The notes: generated by a model not told the origin, from the letters alone. Positions 21,017 through 34,253 are shown, counted from the stretch's first letter. The stretch: 64,000 nt of DNA from a virus (IMGVR_UViG_3300020112_000942:52949-116948); one strand, 5' to 3'. Program-made: numbers and translations.

Positions 21017-21020
21017 TAGT

Positions 21021-21413
21021 TCACCCCCTTTTGAGTAGGTCTGTATGGAACTTATTAGTGACACGATACTTAGGCTCAGTTAGGATTTTCTATAAAGTAA
21101 GATTATCATAATCCCAATAAGGGATGCGGATAAGAGGGATGCCTTTTCTTAAACAGTAGGCATTCTTTCTTCTGTCCCATTCTTGTGTCTGCTTAAATTC
21201 CATTATTGTTTTTTGGAAATGGGGAACACGATGGAAATGTTGCTCTCCATCGTATTCAATTAAACAAACCAACTTCCCATTTTTATAAATAGCAAAATCG
21301 AATCGTAACAGATTGCCACGAAGACTTTTGAGGTCAGGAAAGCTTACCTCTCGTTTGAAGTAAATGTGACCAGCTCGGAGAAGTTTTTCCACCTTTTCTT
21401 CTCCTTTCGACAT
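21021..21413 (-). CDS. PD-(D/E)XK (Vsr/DUF559-like) endonuclease, extended through TAG
   Basis: LRFDFAI...IEYDGEQHF...DRRKNAYC..GIPLIRIPYW; TAG 21090-21092 reads on to TGA 21021-21023. Confidence 0.75.
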
Positions 21414-22405
21414 TACATATCGCCTCTTCTCTTTGGCGGCAATGTCTTTCTCATCGGCTGTGGAGGGATATAAGGTTTAATGCACTTATCTTTTTCGCCA
21501 AAGAATAGTGGTGCATATGGCACCTCGCCCTTTTCAATATGATAAGTAGCGATATGATATAATGCCCTTCCACAATCATCAATTGGAATACCATATGGAT
21601 ACTTCTTAACCATAGCCTTTACAGCATCTTCATAAGAAGTTTTATTCCATTCGTACATATCACAATTAAGCATTGAAGAGAAATGAGTTGTATTGATAAT
21701 ATCTCTTCGTGGTGGTGGAGGCGGCATTTGAGCGTTAACAATTAGCTCTCTCCATTCAATAAGACCGAGTTGCATCTCTTCAAGAGTTTTCTCGTTCAAT
21801 TCATACTCAACACCATAGAAGGCTTCGGCACAACGTTTTAGGTCATAAAGTTCAGTATCCTTATTATAGACAAGTTGAATAAGAATATAATTCTTCTTTA
21901 CCATATAAACGACATTAACATAGTTAATACCATTAAATTTGGCAAGGAACAAATGACCACGATGGTCTTCGTTATTAAACTTGGCATGATGTGGAAAATA
22001 CTTATCTTGATTTACCAAAGGAAAACCTACGAAGTCTGGAATGATAATATACTTATCTGTCAACTCGTAGTCCTGTTGTGGAGCGCCAAGACAATTCTGG
22101 ATTAACTTGATGGTCTTCAAGTAATCTTTCTTGTATCCGCACATTTCGAAGTGTTTGCAGGTGAAACAGCGAGGTTGTACCTGCGTATGCTCCGGAGGAA
22201 GATGTGGAGGCAATGGTTCAAGAATCGGTCTCTATGGGTGATGTGGCATCGGCATTTTAGGGAATATTGGTTCCTGTGTATGCGGAGGAGCTGGAACTGG
22301 ACCCAATGCCGGAGTTACCTTAATCTCTGTATGTGGCTGTTCACACATGGGTGGAGTAGGTACTGGGCCATCATACTCTGGATATGGGTAATCATAGTAA
22401 TTCAT
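21413..22405 (-). CDS. Hypothetical protein with a Pro/His-rich N-terminus, 330 aa, one in-frame TAG
   Basis: ORFs 22232..22414 and 21413..22213 are in frame, joined by TAG 22232-22234; RBS GAGGTG before ATG 22405. Confidence 0.75.
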
Positions 22406-22496
22406 TCTTTTCACCTCACTATAAAAAAATGAGGTAGAAAAACAATTCTACCTCTACTATAATAATGTGAAAATTGTGCTATTTTTATCTAATGAA

Positions 22497-23627
22497 TTAC
22501 TTAGTGATTTGGTCGAAAGAGCAGTCTTCTGGAGCCTTGTCACTTCTCCAGTTCTCAATCCTACAGTGACGGAAACTGTAGTGACCATCAATATGCTCAA
22601 GCTCCATAGCATTGAGTTCAACAACTCTGTTAACCCACTTCTCAGGATTCTTAATGATACCTTCCTTAACTTCGTTAGGTACATTAGAAATCCAACCAAT
22701 ACAGTAAGGCTTTCCATCTTTCATAACAGAAAGGGAAATAGAACTTGCCCAGCCGAAGAAGTAAGGTTCTTTAACAGGTTCAACTGGTACTCCGTTTGTG
22801 TAGTCAGCGAACTGACAAGTATTGTACTTCTGTCCAGTCTTTGTGTTCTCCCAGTAAGGCCATGTTTCGATTTTCTTACCCGTATAAAGTCTGTTTGCAA
22901 GTTTGTAATCGCCATCAAGAAAAGCGTCAACAGTATCTCCGAGTTCCTTCTTCATCTTAAGAGTCATCCAAGCAGTACGCTTACCACAAAGATACTTGCA
23001 ATCCTTTCTTGTGATAACAATACCTTCTCCGCCTGCGGCAAGAGTCTCTGCGAGCTTATCCCAGAGTTCTGTTCCTTCGTAGTACTGTGCAATGTCAATA
23101 TGCTCAAGGTCTTTAAGAACATCAAGCAGCTCATAGTTAAGATAGTGATTGATACGCTCTTCAAAGCCAGTGTTGATAAGTGATTTACCTCCGTAGGCAA
23201 CTACATCAAAAATGTAATAATGAAGCCATTCGCCCTTCTTCTGTCTGTCGATGCACTTGTCTTTAAGACAGTTGAGAACAGAAGTAATCTTTCTGCTACC
23301 TTCGTTATTAGGGAAATAAATTTCACCTACAAATACAGTACCATTTGGAACGTCATCAAGTTCCTTGCAGATATGAGGAATCCACTCTGCCTTATCAACA
23401 AATCCGCCATTTACACCAGCCTTACGACTTCTAAGGTGATAGTTACCTTCCATATCTTTAATAAGAAGATTCCAAGCACCGTCCATCTTTCTGCTACCCA
23501 TATAGTTGTTAGAAAGACAGAGTTCTCTTGCCTTAGCCTGCTTGTCGCCTTTGAATGCAGATGTAAAAGAGTAGTAATTCATTGCATCCATATTCCAAAA
23601 ATCAAATCCATCAATAATATATTCCAT
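22497..23627 (-). CDS. ATP-dependent DNA ligase
   Basis: Motif I RKMDG, VGEIY, IFDV, GEGIV, WMTLKMK, FRH. Confidence 0.85.
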   Translation of the reverse strand: MEYIIDGFDFWNMDAMNYYSFTSAFKGDKQAKARELCLSNNYMGSRKMDGAWNLLIKDMEGNYHLRSRKAGVNGGFVDKAEWIPHICKELDDVPNGTVFVGEIYFPNNEGSRKITSVLNCLKDKCIDRQKKGEWLHYYIFDVVAYGGKSLINTGFEERINHYLNYELLDVLKDLEHIDIAQYYEGTELWDKLAETLAAGGEGIVITRKDCKYLCGKRTAWMTLKMKKELGDTVDAFLDGDYKLANRLYTGKKIETWPYWENTKTGQKYNTCQFADYTNGVPVEPVKEPYFFGWASSISLSVMKDGKPYCIGWISNVPNEVKEGIIKNPEKWVNRVVELNAMELEHIDGHYSFRHCRIENWRSDKAPEDCSFDQITK

Positions 23628-23631
23628 ATTA

Positions 23632-23922
23632 TTTCCTCCGTTTCATTTAATCTATATATAGTATATCATAAAATTTTATAAAAGTCAAGTTTTTTATTCA
23701 TTAACACATTTTCCTGTTATGTAATCAATATGACATCCGTTCTTTGCTTTATACTGGCATCTTTTGCAATACATATCATCGCAATGTATTTTCCAATATT
23801 TACCAAAATTATGCTATTTTAGCCATCTCATATAAAGTCTTTTTATATACTCAATCATTTATTGTTTCCTCCATTTCATTTAATCTATATATAGTATATC
23901 ATAAAATTTTATAAAAGTAAAG
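23632..23922. repeat. 58-bp direct repeat (promoter + RBS) at 23632-23689 and 23865-23922
   Basis: tttcctcc(g/a)tttcatttaatctatatatagtatatcataaaattttataaaagt(c/a)aag, 2 mismatches. Confidence 0.9.
23694..23858 (-). CDS. Small Cys-rich protein (54 aa), one in-frame TAG
   Basis: MIEYIKRLYMRWLK*HNFGKYWKIHCDDMYCKRCQY...; RBS GGAGG; TAG 23814-23816; ends TAA. Confidence 0.6.
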
Positions 23923-23933
23923 ACTTTAACTGA

Positions 23934-24140
23934 TTACCACTCACTGTAATGCTCATAAGTAACGATTCGTGTGTCACAATCTGGACATGTGACGATAATT
24001 GATTCCTTCCACAAATTATATCCAATTCTGTTGCTCTCACGCTTTACATCTGTTTTAGTGTTGTATTCAAATTCACAACAACACTTAGGACACTTTATAG
24101 TTGCAAAAGCAGTTCCCGTACCGTGTTTAATTACTCTCAT
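23934..24140 (-). CDS. Small Zn-ribbon protein
   Basis: CPKC...CPDC; resembles 49286..49492. Confidence 0.7.
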   Translation of the reverse strand: MRVIKHGTGTAFATIKCPKCCCEFEYNTKTDVKRESNRIGYNLWKESIIVTCPDCDTRIVTYEHYSEW

Positions 24141-24143
24141 ATC

Positions 24144-24659
24144 TCATTCCTCCGCAATAAAAGTTTCAACAAAGATTCGTGCTTCCTCTTCGAGTTCAGC
24201 GAGGCCGCGGCTATTGTCGATAATAATATCGTATTGATAATTGCTAACATTATCATCAGCGTGGTTTCCAAAAATTACAACCTCAACGTCCCCACGCTGA
24301 ACAAGGATAGTTGTCGCCTGGTAGTCGTCAACAAAACGCTGAATCTCTGCCGGCTCTCGACAGTCAATAAATACAGCATTTGTTCCGTTGATTTTGTGCC
24401 ATTCCAATCTCTCTTGCATTTTCTTGTAAGGCACATCATTCCAACGAGTTAACGCATCTTTGAGGTCGCTTAAGAATCTTCTGCTCTCTGGAGTTTTTGA
24501 ACCATCCCATCCAGCTTTCTTCGCATACTGTTTAACCCAATCAATAGTTGATTCAATAGCAACTGTTTTACCCTTTTCTTTCGCAATATTCTGCACCATA
24601 GTTTCAAATGTTGTCTTTCCGGCGGTGCCTCTGCCGTTTACAATAAAAATTTTACTCAT
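24144..24659 (-). CDS. P-loop nucleotide (dNMP-like) kinase
   Basis: IVNGRGTAGKTT, FIDCREP, YDIIIDN; ATG 24659 after GAGGAGG. Confidence 0.7.
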   Translation of the reverse strand: MSKIFIVNGRGTAGKTTFETMVQNIAKEKGKTVAIESTIDWVKQYAKKAGWDGSKTPESRRFLSDLKDALTRWNDVPYKKMQERLEWHKINGTNAVFIDCREPAEIQRFVDDYQATTILVQRGDVEVVIFGNHADDNVSNYQYDIIIDNSRGLAELEEEARIFVETFIAEE

Positions 24660-25593
24660 TGTTTTCTTCCTCCTCATCTGTATCCCAGTGGTAATCATCG
24701 GGATAGAAATAATTAAATTGTCCTTTTTCATCGGTGGATGGTGTATAGAAATTAAGTCTCATTGGTTGATTTCTATAATCAATGTAAGGAGAAAGATTAC
24801 ATTTTAAAAATTCAATATTCTCTTCTGATAAGCCGCTTACATCATAAAGATGAAGATTACCTTCTTTTGAAGATTCAAGAATAAAATCAAAATACTTTGC
24901 ATCTTCTTCGCCGAAGAACTCTTTGTTAAGATGTCTTGCGTCAAAGCTAAAGACACAAACTGGGACATCATAATCAATATTTGGTAACACTTGTGGTAAA
25001 TTATCTACTGATAATGGTAATGAAAAGAACTTATTCCATTCATCAATTGTAAACCAGTCGCTTAACTTAACTCTCTTATCAAGCGATTCAGCAAATGCGA
25101 CTTGAAGCCAATAACTTTGAGTCACTCTGAATGTATCAGGCACAAATCTTTCGAGTGGATTTGCAATTTCAATAAATTCCTTAGAGAGTTGAGCAAGGTT
25201 AATTACATTACAAATAGGATGAAAACCTGTAATTAGGATGGCTTTCTTAGCTTTCTTAGCCTTATGGTATGTAATGGTTTTTACTCTGTTAAAAAATTGT
25301 TTCTCTTCTGAGGTTTTGGGAGTTCCCATGAGGCGTATGTCAAGATTTCTCTTTACAATGCCACCGCAATTAGCAACAATAATATATGATAATGCAGAAT
25401 AAATGTCATTATCATATTTAATTATAAATGTATAATTGCTCTTTAATTCTTTTGAATATTTAGAGCAAAATCGACCCATAGCTTTTGTAATTAAAAGGTC
25501 GGCATCTCTATCCTTGTCTTCAATGACAGGACCATCGAGATTAAAATGATTTATTACTCGCAATGCGAGCATATCGTTCTTGGTCATGTGCAT
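24652..25593 (-). CDS. Hypothetical protein
   Basis: Long ORF with an RBS and the promoter at 25620-25648. Confidence 0.75.
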   Translation of the reverse strand: MHMTKNDMLALRVINHFNLDGPVIEDKDRDADLLITKAMGRFCSKYSKELKSNYTFIIKYDNDIYSALSYIIVANCGGIVKRNLDIRLMGTPKTSEEKQFFNRVKTITYHKAKKAKKAILITGFHPICNVINLAQLSKEFIEIANPLERFVPDTFRVTQSYWLQVAFAESLDKRVKLSDWFTIDEWNKFFSLPLSVDNLPQVLPNIDYDVPVCVFSFDARHLNKEFFGEEDAKYFDFILESSKEGNLHLYDVSGLSEENIEFLKCNLSPYIDYRNQPMRLNFYTPSTDEKGQFNYFYPDDYHWDTDEEEENNE

Positions 25594-25619
25594 CACACTC
25601 CTTTTCTTTTGATACTTTA

Positions 25620-25703
25620 ATTATATCATAGAAAGTTAGAAAAGTCAAGATTTTAGCAGAATTGATAAAACTGCTTGACTTAGCAGAAGAGAAATGCTAT
25701 AAT
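25620..25703. promoter_or_regulatory. Divergent SigA-type promoter pair at the strand switch
   Basis: Minus-strand TTGACT-17-TATAAT at 25620-25648; plus-strand TTGACT-17-TATAAT at 25675-25703. Confidence 0.8.
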
Positions 25704-25720
25704 AATAATAGGAGATGACA

Positions 25721-25975
25721 ATGATGAAAACGAGATATTACTTAAAGGAAAACTTACTTGAAAGAAATGCTATGAACTTTGTTGATGTAGTAGCAGATAT
25801 GAAGTCTACCATTTCTTTCTATAGAGATAATGAGCGTAGAGTTAATGGTAAATCCAGAATTGGAATTTTATCAGGACGCTTTATGTAGGGAGAGACCATT
25901 AATATTGAAGTGGAATCTTCTGAGGACATGAGTAGAGTAAAGGAGATATTAAATACAATCGGAACTGAAGTATAA
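25721..25975 (+). CDS. HPr/Crh-like phosphocarrier homologue lacking His15, 84 aa, one in-frame TAG
   Basis: MMKTRYYLKENLLERNAMNFVDVVADMKSTISF...RVNGKSRIGILSGRFM*GETINIEVESSED...; Ser46 motif retained; TAG 25886-25888; not in the ORF track. Confidence 0.75.
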
Positions 25976-25996
25976 GTTCCCAAGGAGGCGATTTGA

Positions 25997-26284
25997 ATGG
26001 ATTATCGTATGTATTCCGGCGGCGCAGAAGCTGGAGAAAATGTCGTTACTCTTATTAGAAATGAACTCTATAAGGATAGCGGCTTGAAAATCAAGGCTCC
26101 TTTGAAATTTGTTGGTTTTGAAGGAACAGCGGGCACAGAGTTTACACTCAACAATCAGGCACAGAAAATGGCTATCCCCTCAACAGGACATTTCGTAACA
26201 CCTTATAACGGTCAGCAATACTGTCAGGTTTACAGTCTTGTGTTTGACTCAGCATTTTTTGGCAACATTTATTATATTGTATAA
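25997..26284 (+). CDS. Hypothetical protein (possibly virion-associated)
   Basis: RBS GGAGG; precedes the collagen-like gene. Confidence 0.7.
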   Translation: MDYRMYSGGAEAGENVVTLIRNELYKDSGLKIKAPLKFVGFEGTAGTEFTLNNQAQKMAIPSTGHFVTPYNGQQYCQVYSLVFDSAFFGNIYYIV

Positions 26285-26297
26285 GGAGGGGATATGA

Positions 26298-28778
<2,481 letters not shown>

Positions 28779-28791
28779 TGGAGGTGATTTG

Positions 28792-29442
28792 ATGTCAGGA
28801 TTATTACACCTCCCATCTGGTATTGGTAGAGCGGCCGTATTAGACCAGATTCCTGAGATTCCAATTCCAGGACAAGATACTTCTGTTGATGATATCTTAG
28901 CTACTCTTGGTCAATACACGTGGGTTGCACTTCCAGATGGACAGATTAAAACTGTTTCTACAATCTGGGACGAAACAGTTGACTGGAAGAAATCTCCTCA
29001 GCTTGGTGATATGTGTATTATCAACCAAGTAAAACATAATGGACTTAACTTTCAGCCAACTATGGATGATGTTATTACAGTTAAGTTTATGTATATGGAT
29101 AGAGTGTTGAATTTTAATTCAAAAAGACTTATCACTCAGGTTAGAATGTCTGAGTCTGGCTGGACTACAACAAAAATTACTTTTTACTTTATTCCATATG
29201 AATCAAATCAAACATTAAACTCTGTTATTAACAAACTTAAGGCACACATTGAAGGAGCAAAAGACCCCTCAATTATTGAAATAAATTATCAGCACAGCGG
29301 TAGCGATGCAACTAATGATGAAGTTGGTACTATTGTTAGTGAGCTTCCAAATACAGGTAAGTATATGGTTGGAATGAGCGTTGAACCAAGCCAAGTAAAT
29401 GCTTGTCCTTCTATATATGAATTAAATTTCAGAACTTATTGA
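28792..29442 (+). CDS. Hypothetical protein (structural module)
   Basis: RBS GGAGGTG before ATG 28792. Confidence 0.75.
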   Translation: MSGLLHLPSGIGRAAVLDQIPEIPIPGQDTSVDDILATLGQYTWVALPDGQIKTVSTIWDETVDWKKSPQLGDMCIINQVKHNGLNFQPTMDDVITVKFMYMDRVLNFNSKRLITQVRMSESGWTTTKITFYFIPYESNQTLNSVINKLKAHIEGAKDPSIIEINYQHSGSDATNDEVGTIVSELPNTGKYMVGMSVEPSQVNACPSIYELNFRTY

Positions 29443-29447
29443 TTCAT

Positions 29448-29499
29448 CGAGCCGTCGCTTAGTCGGCGGCTTGACTTTTTATAAAAAATTTGTTATAAT
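29448..29499 (+). promoter_or_regulatory. Terminator hairpin overlapping a SigA-type promoter (29471-29499)
   Basis: GAGCCGTCG/CGGCGGCTT stem; TTGACT-17-TATAAT. Confidence 0.7.
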
Positions 29500-29514
29500 A
29501 GAGGTGAAGAATAA

Positions 29515-29787
29515 ATGGGAAGTTATGTAAAACGTCCTTATGAAGCTACCGCCCAAGAGCGTCAGATAAGCGAAAATAAGGGTGATACTCCTATTCTTTA
29601 TGAAAATCTTGGCAAAGACACGATAAAGGCCAGTGCCTCTGTTAGGATTATAGTTGGAACGAAGTATGTTGATATTGATGAGGAAACTTCAAAAGATATT
29701 AAGATTCTCGGTCCAAATTTTCAATCAAATGATGGATATTTTATCATATCGAATGATAATAAAATATTAAGCATAAAGGAGGGATAA
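29515..29787 (+). CDS. Hypothetical protein
   Basis: RBS GAGGTG; ORF. Confidence 0.7.
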   Translation: MGSYVKRPYEATAQERQISENKGDTPILYENLGKDTIKASASVRIIVGTKYVDIDEETSKDIKILGPNFQSNDGYFIISNDNKILSIKEG

Positions 29788-29789
29788 GA

Positions 29790-32700
29790 ATGGCAGATGA
29801 GCAGATTAAGTCAAGTCCTGCTGACCACTATTTTGAACCGGATGGTTTAAACGCCAATGCAGAGAATATTAGTCATGTGTTAAATGATTTGACAGATATT
29901 GTGGCAGATGGCACTCCAGAAGAGGGTGTTGATACTGTTAAATGGAATGGCGAAAAATTTATTCTTGGAGAAGGCGGCGGAGACATTGATGCAGATGAAA
30001 AACAAGCCTTGATGGGCGATGGAGAAGGTGGTGCGAGAGGAGCGTCAGCCGGCAAAGCATCCTATATGAAAACAGGTAGACCAGATTCGAGTTTAGGTTA
30101 TCCTGGTTTTTATTATAACGGAATTAATTTTGGATATTAGCTTGCTATTCCAGGTACTACTGACGGTGCCACAACTCAAAAGTTAACTTCTAACCCTTTG
30201 CTTAAAATGCAAGACGACGGAAAAACTGAAATACCACACCATCAGTTGACACTTGGAGATGCTGCAAATGTCGATTTCAGTGGTAATTCTTTGGTTGGCA
30301 TTAGTGGTCAAGACGTTCGTTTTACAATGCATGATAATGCAAAAATGGATTTAACTGGTGGAGTAAATAGACCAAATGCTGGCCCCGAAGTAATTGCACA
30401 CGGAAATGCAAAAATCTATATTCAAGACGGATTTTATTATTATGATAGTAAAAATAAAACAATTCCAGAAAATTATATAGAAATAGGGGGAAGTCAATTA
30501 ATTTTTACTATTACAAGAAGATGTACGAGTGCACAAAAAGCAATATATGAAGACCAAAGTATATGGAGTCAGCCTGGTGCTATTAATGAATTTTTTAATA
30601 TCGGAAAAGATTCACATCCATATCCATACGCATCAGAAGTAGAACTATTATCTGCTATGTATATTGATGGTACTAAAGATTATAGACAGCAATTAAAAAA
30701 ACAAGCACTTAACGTAGATAAAAATATTGTTGGACATTATACTATCGGAGACAGGCCATGGCTCATGGTCACAACCCAAAATTCCAATTTTGAATATAAT
30801 ATTGAAAACTTTTTCAATCAAACGGAAACCCTTGTGCACTATACCGGTAAAACACAAATATCATCATATAGCTCAGATTTTAAAGTAACGGTAGTTTTTG
30901 TAAATAATGCGCCAATATATTTAAAACCTAAAGATGGAAGTGTAACTTATTACCCAAATAGAGTATTCAGAAATAAATCTGAAGAATATAATAATCAACA
31001 AGGACCTCTTGTCGCCCTAAAAGACTCACCAAAGGTTGTCATTGAAGACGCAGCAGAGTTGTTTATGGGAGAAACATCAACGCTTTTGATGCAAAATAAT
31101 AGCGAGATGATAATGGATGGTCAAGGCTGTAAATTGCACGTCCATAATGATTTTATCGGTATATTGAATTATGGACAATTATTATTTAACGAACCTTCTA
31201 TTAAAGAATATGATACTAACGGAAGATTGAGTGTTCCACAATTCATAATGGATGGTGGTAGAATTCATATCAGTGATGGTAGCGATAGTCCAATAAAATA
31301 TAATATTGGAACACGTAATGATACAGATAAGCCAGCAACATTACTTGTCTATGGACACAGCCGACTTTCAACACATGATTATAGTATTATTAGTACTTAT
31401 GACTCTTCTCACTTTGAAATGTGTGGAACTTCTGATATTACAATGCATGACAATAGCAGAATTTACATGAGTGATTATGCAATGATATCAATGGATGGTA
31501 TTAAAGGACAATTGTCTCCTGCGATTTGGATGAATTAGCATCAAATTAAGATGGGTATTTTTGCAAATAATCGCTTAGGAAATTCAACTGGTAATACAGA
31601 TATGTATTATAAAAGACCTGCTCCGATGGATTAGAGCTTTATCAATGGACTAAGAAAAGGCACATCAATTACTGAAGAAGAATACAAGAAGATTTAGTCC
31701 TTCTTGAGCGATAGCGGAGGATTTGATAGTAGCCTTCCAATAAAGCAAGACAGATTTGATACAGAGGTTGAATTAAAAGCGGTATCAAATTGTTATTCAT
31801 CAATGAGTTATATAGACCCAACAGATATAGATTCCAGTATAATTCAAGAAATACCCAGTTATTATATGGAATTATATTATATTTTTAATCCATCAAAAGA
31901 TATGACTGACTATGTTAATTCATATCCAACCAATGAAAAAAATGTTTATGGTATACCATCATCTACATATGGTGCATTACCATCTGAGCAGCAATCATAT
32001 TTTAAACCAGTTTACAAAGTAAAGTATATTTCGAGTGTTAACGACATTTTAAAAAAATACAATAAACAAGATGCTATGAAACAAATGCTTATTGGAACAT
32101 CCAATCTAGAAAGCAAAAGGATACTATCCACTTTTTTGGATAATCATTATAATAAATGGAAATATTACAAAGATAACTATGGAAATAAGTTTTATGTATA
32201 TCTAATGGAGATTGGCAGTTTTGAGGCAGATGTTTATCGCAGTTAGTATCAAGGAAATATGATGTTTTATAAAAACATTACAGAAAATGGCAATGAATAT
32301 ATTTTACAATGTGATTTATCCAAACTACTAAACGCAAGAAATGATTTAATTAAACACGCTCCTTTTGCGGTATTAGAGGGAGGAACATCAATTCAAATTG
32401 GTAGCGATGGACAGGGTATTATCATGATAGAGCCAGGAACTGATGAGAAACTTGGTATTTATGTCATGAATAATTCTTTTATTCAAACAACAGGTAATTC
32501 TCATATTGAGTCACATGGTGCAGATGTTATTTTAAGAGACGTTAATAATAAAGCTCCATGGTTAGATTAGTATGACCAAGGATGGCTTGGAGAACATTGG
32601 CGAAGAGATAAGGATGTTAAGACCAACGCTCCTCAATTATAGTTTTATGATAATTGTAAGATAAGAATGAGGGGTGTTTGGGAAGAAGAATATCCAGAAA

Positions 32701-33131
32701 GTCTACCAGCGTTTACTATAACAGAAGACACAGGACTCTCTTTAAATACACCTACGGCATATGTTAATCTTACAGATGAACAACAAAAGATATTTACAGA
32801 TGTAATTGAATCAGAAAAATCAGAACAAATAAAACAAGGTAGAAGATTTAATATAAAAAGTGTTAATAGGATTAGACAAAATTCTTATATTATTTAGATT
32901 ACCGAAAGCACCCCAGAAGATTTTAATATGCATTTAACAAAAAATGAAAATCAACCATTGGTAGAAATCATTGAAAATGCAGAAATTCGTCAGCACGGTG
33001 ATACAAAATTCATTCTTGTTGAAAAAGAGACAGAAATTGATGAAGTAACTTATAAAGCAGGTCTTACTATTAAGATTGGTGATGAGCAAGTAACATTAAC
33101 AATGGCAAAGTTAAAAGAATTATTTGAATAA
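29790..33131 (+). CDS. Large putative structural/tail protein, 1113 aa, 8 in-frame TAG
   Basis: Six track ORFs share one frame. The only interruptions are TAGs (30138, 31536, 31632, 31695, 32244, 32568, 32640, 32895); ends TAA. Confidence 0.85.
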
Positions 33132-33149
33132 TATAAAGGAGGGATTGGC

Positions 33150-34253
33150 ATGGAAGGATTCTATGGCGGCAGTGATGGTGGAGGATTCTTCCCTTCCCAC
33201 TTCGCTCCATCTTCCACAATCGGATACACAGATGGCGTACCATTTTTTTGGGCGGGAAAGGAGGAAATTAAAATGACAGAGGATAAGAAGATTTGTGGCT
33301 ATAACTATGGCTATATGGCAAATCGTAGTGAGTATCGAAACCCAAAAGCAATTCAATCTCAAAACAAACTTTTTGCTCTTGGTTTAAACTGGGTATGTCT
33401 ACCTGTTGTAAACTATCAAGACAAATACTATTCAACAAATATCTATGCAGACCACTTGGCAACCCCAACAGACAGAGATGTGGCGGCATTTATTGAATCA
33501 GCCCATAGTCGTGGTGTGCATGTTTGTTTGAAACCTTTACTTGAAAGTAAAGACCATATGTGGAGAGCACACATCGGTTTCCCAGATTTGAATATGCAGG
33601 ATATGGATATGTACTGGGAAAAGTGGTTTATTAGTTATAAGAACTTTATTCTTCACTATGCAGAACTTGCACAGGAACTTAAAGTTGAAATGCTTTGTAT
33701 CGGCTGTGAAATGCTTGGTACTGAGCATAGAAAGTATGACTGGTTATTCCTTATTGGAGAAATCCGTAAGGTGTATAAAGGTAAACTCGTCTACAACACA
33801 AACCACGACCATGAGGATGATCAAGAGTGGTTTGACGTACTTGACTACATCGGAACTTCTGCTTATTATCCAGTCGGCGGCACAGACAGAACTTATGAGA
33901 CAATGGTTAAGAATTGGACAGAAGTAAAGTATCGTCTCGATGCTATTGCAAAGGATAGAGGAAAGAAATTCATCTTTATGGAAATCGGCTGCCGCTCTGT
34001 TGAAGGTGCGACAGAACATCCTTGGGACTTCACAGAAGAGTTGCCTTGGAGTGAAGAGGAACAAGCAAACTTCTATAAGTCTTGTTTTGAAGTATTTATG
34101 GATGACCCATATTTCGCCGGCGTATTCTGGTGGGATTGGCCTACATTTATTTACAATACTCGTGAAGAAGCAGAACAGAACAAGGACTTTGCAATTCATT
34201 TAAAGAAAGCAGAGGAAGTTGTTAAAGAGTATTACTCAAAGTATAGCAACTAA
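33150..34253 (+). CDS. Glycoside hydrolase family 113 (beta-mannanase-like / GTA TIM-barrel)
   Basis: VCLKP..WRAHI, LCIGCEM (acid/base Glu), FMEIGCRS (nucleophile Glu), GVFWWDW; alternative start at ATG 33273. Confidence 0.82.
   Translation: MEGFYGGSDGGGFFPSHFAPSSTIGYTDGVPFFWAGKEEIKMTEDKKICGYNYGYMANRSEYRNPKAIQSQNKLFALGLNWVCLPVVNYQDKYYSTNIYADHLATPTDRDVAAFIESAHSRGVHVCLKPLLESKDHMWRAHIGFPDLNMQDMDMYWEKWFISYKNFILHYAELAQELKVEMLCIGCEMLGTEHRKYDWLFLIGEIRKVYKGKLVYNTNHDHEDDQEWFDVLDYIGTSAYYPVGGTDRTYETMVKNWTEVKYRLDAIAKDRGKKFIFMEIGCRSVEGATEHPWDFTEELPWSEEEQANFYKSCFEVFMDDPYFAGVFWWDWPTFIYNTREEAEQNKDFAIHLKKAEEVVKEYYSKYSN

Noticed and set aside
1-25600. Bacterial chromosome origin (dnaE, gyrAB, recJ, nrdD, rnhA)
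   Set aside because: The genes are divergent, densely packed with phage-type hypotheticals, lysis and fibre genes, and include recoded TAGs; no ribosomal or other housekeeping context.
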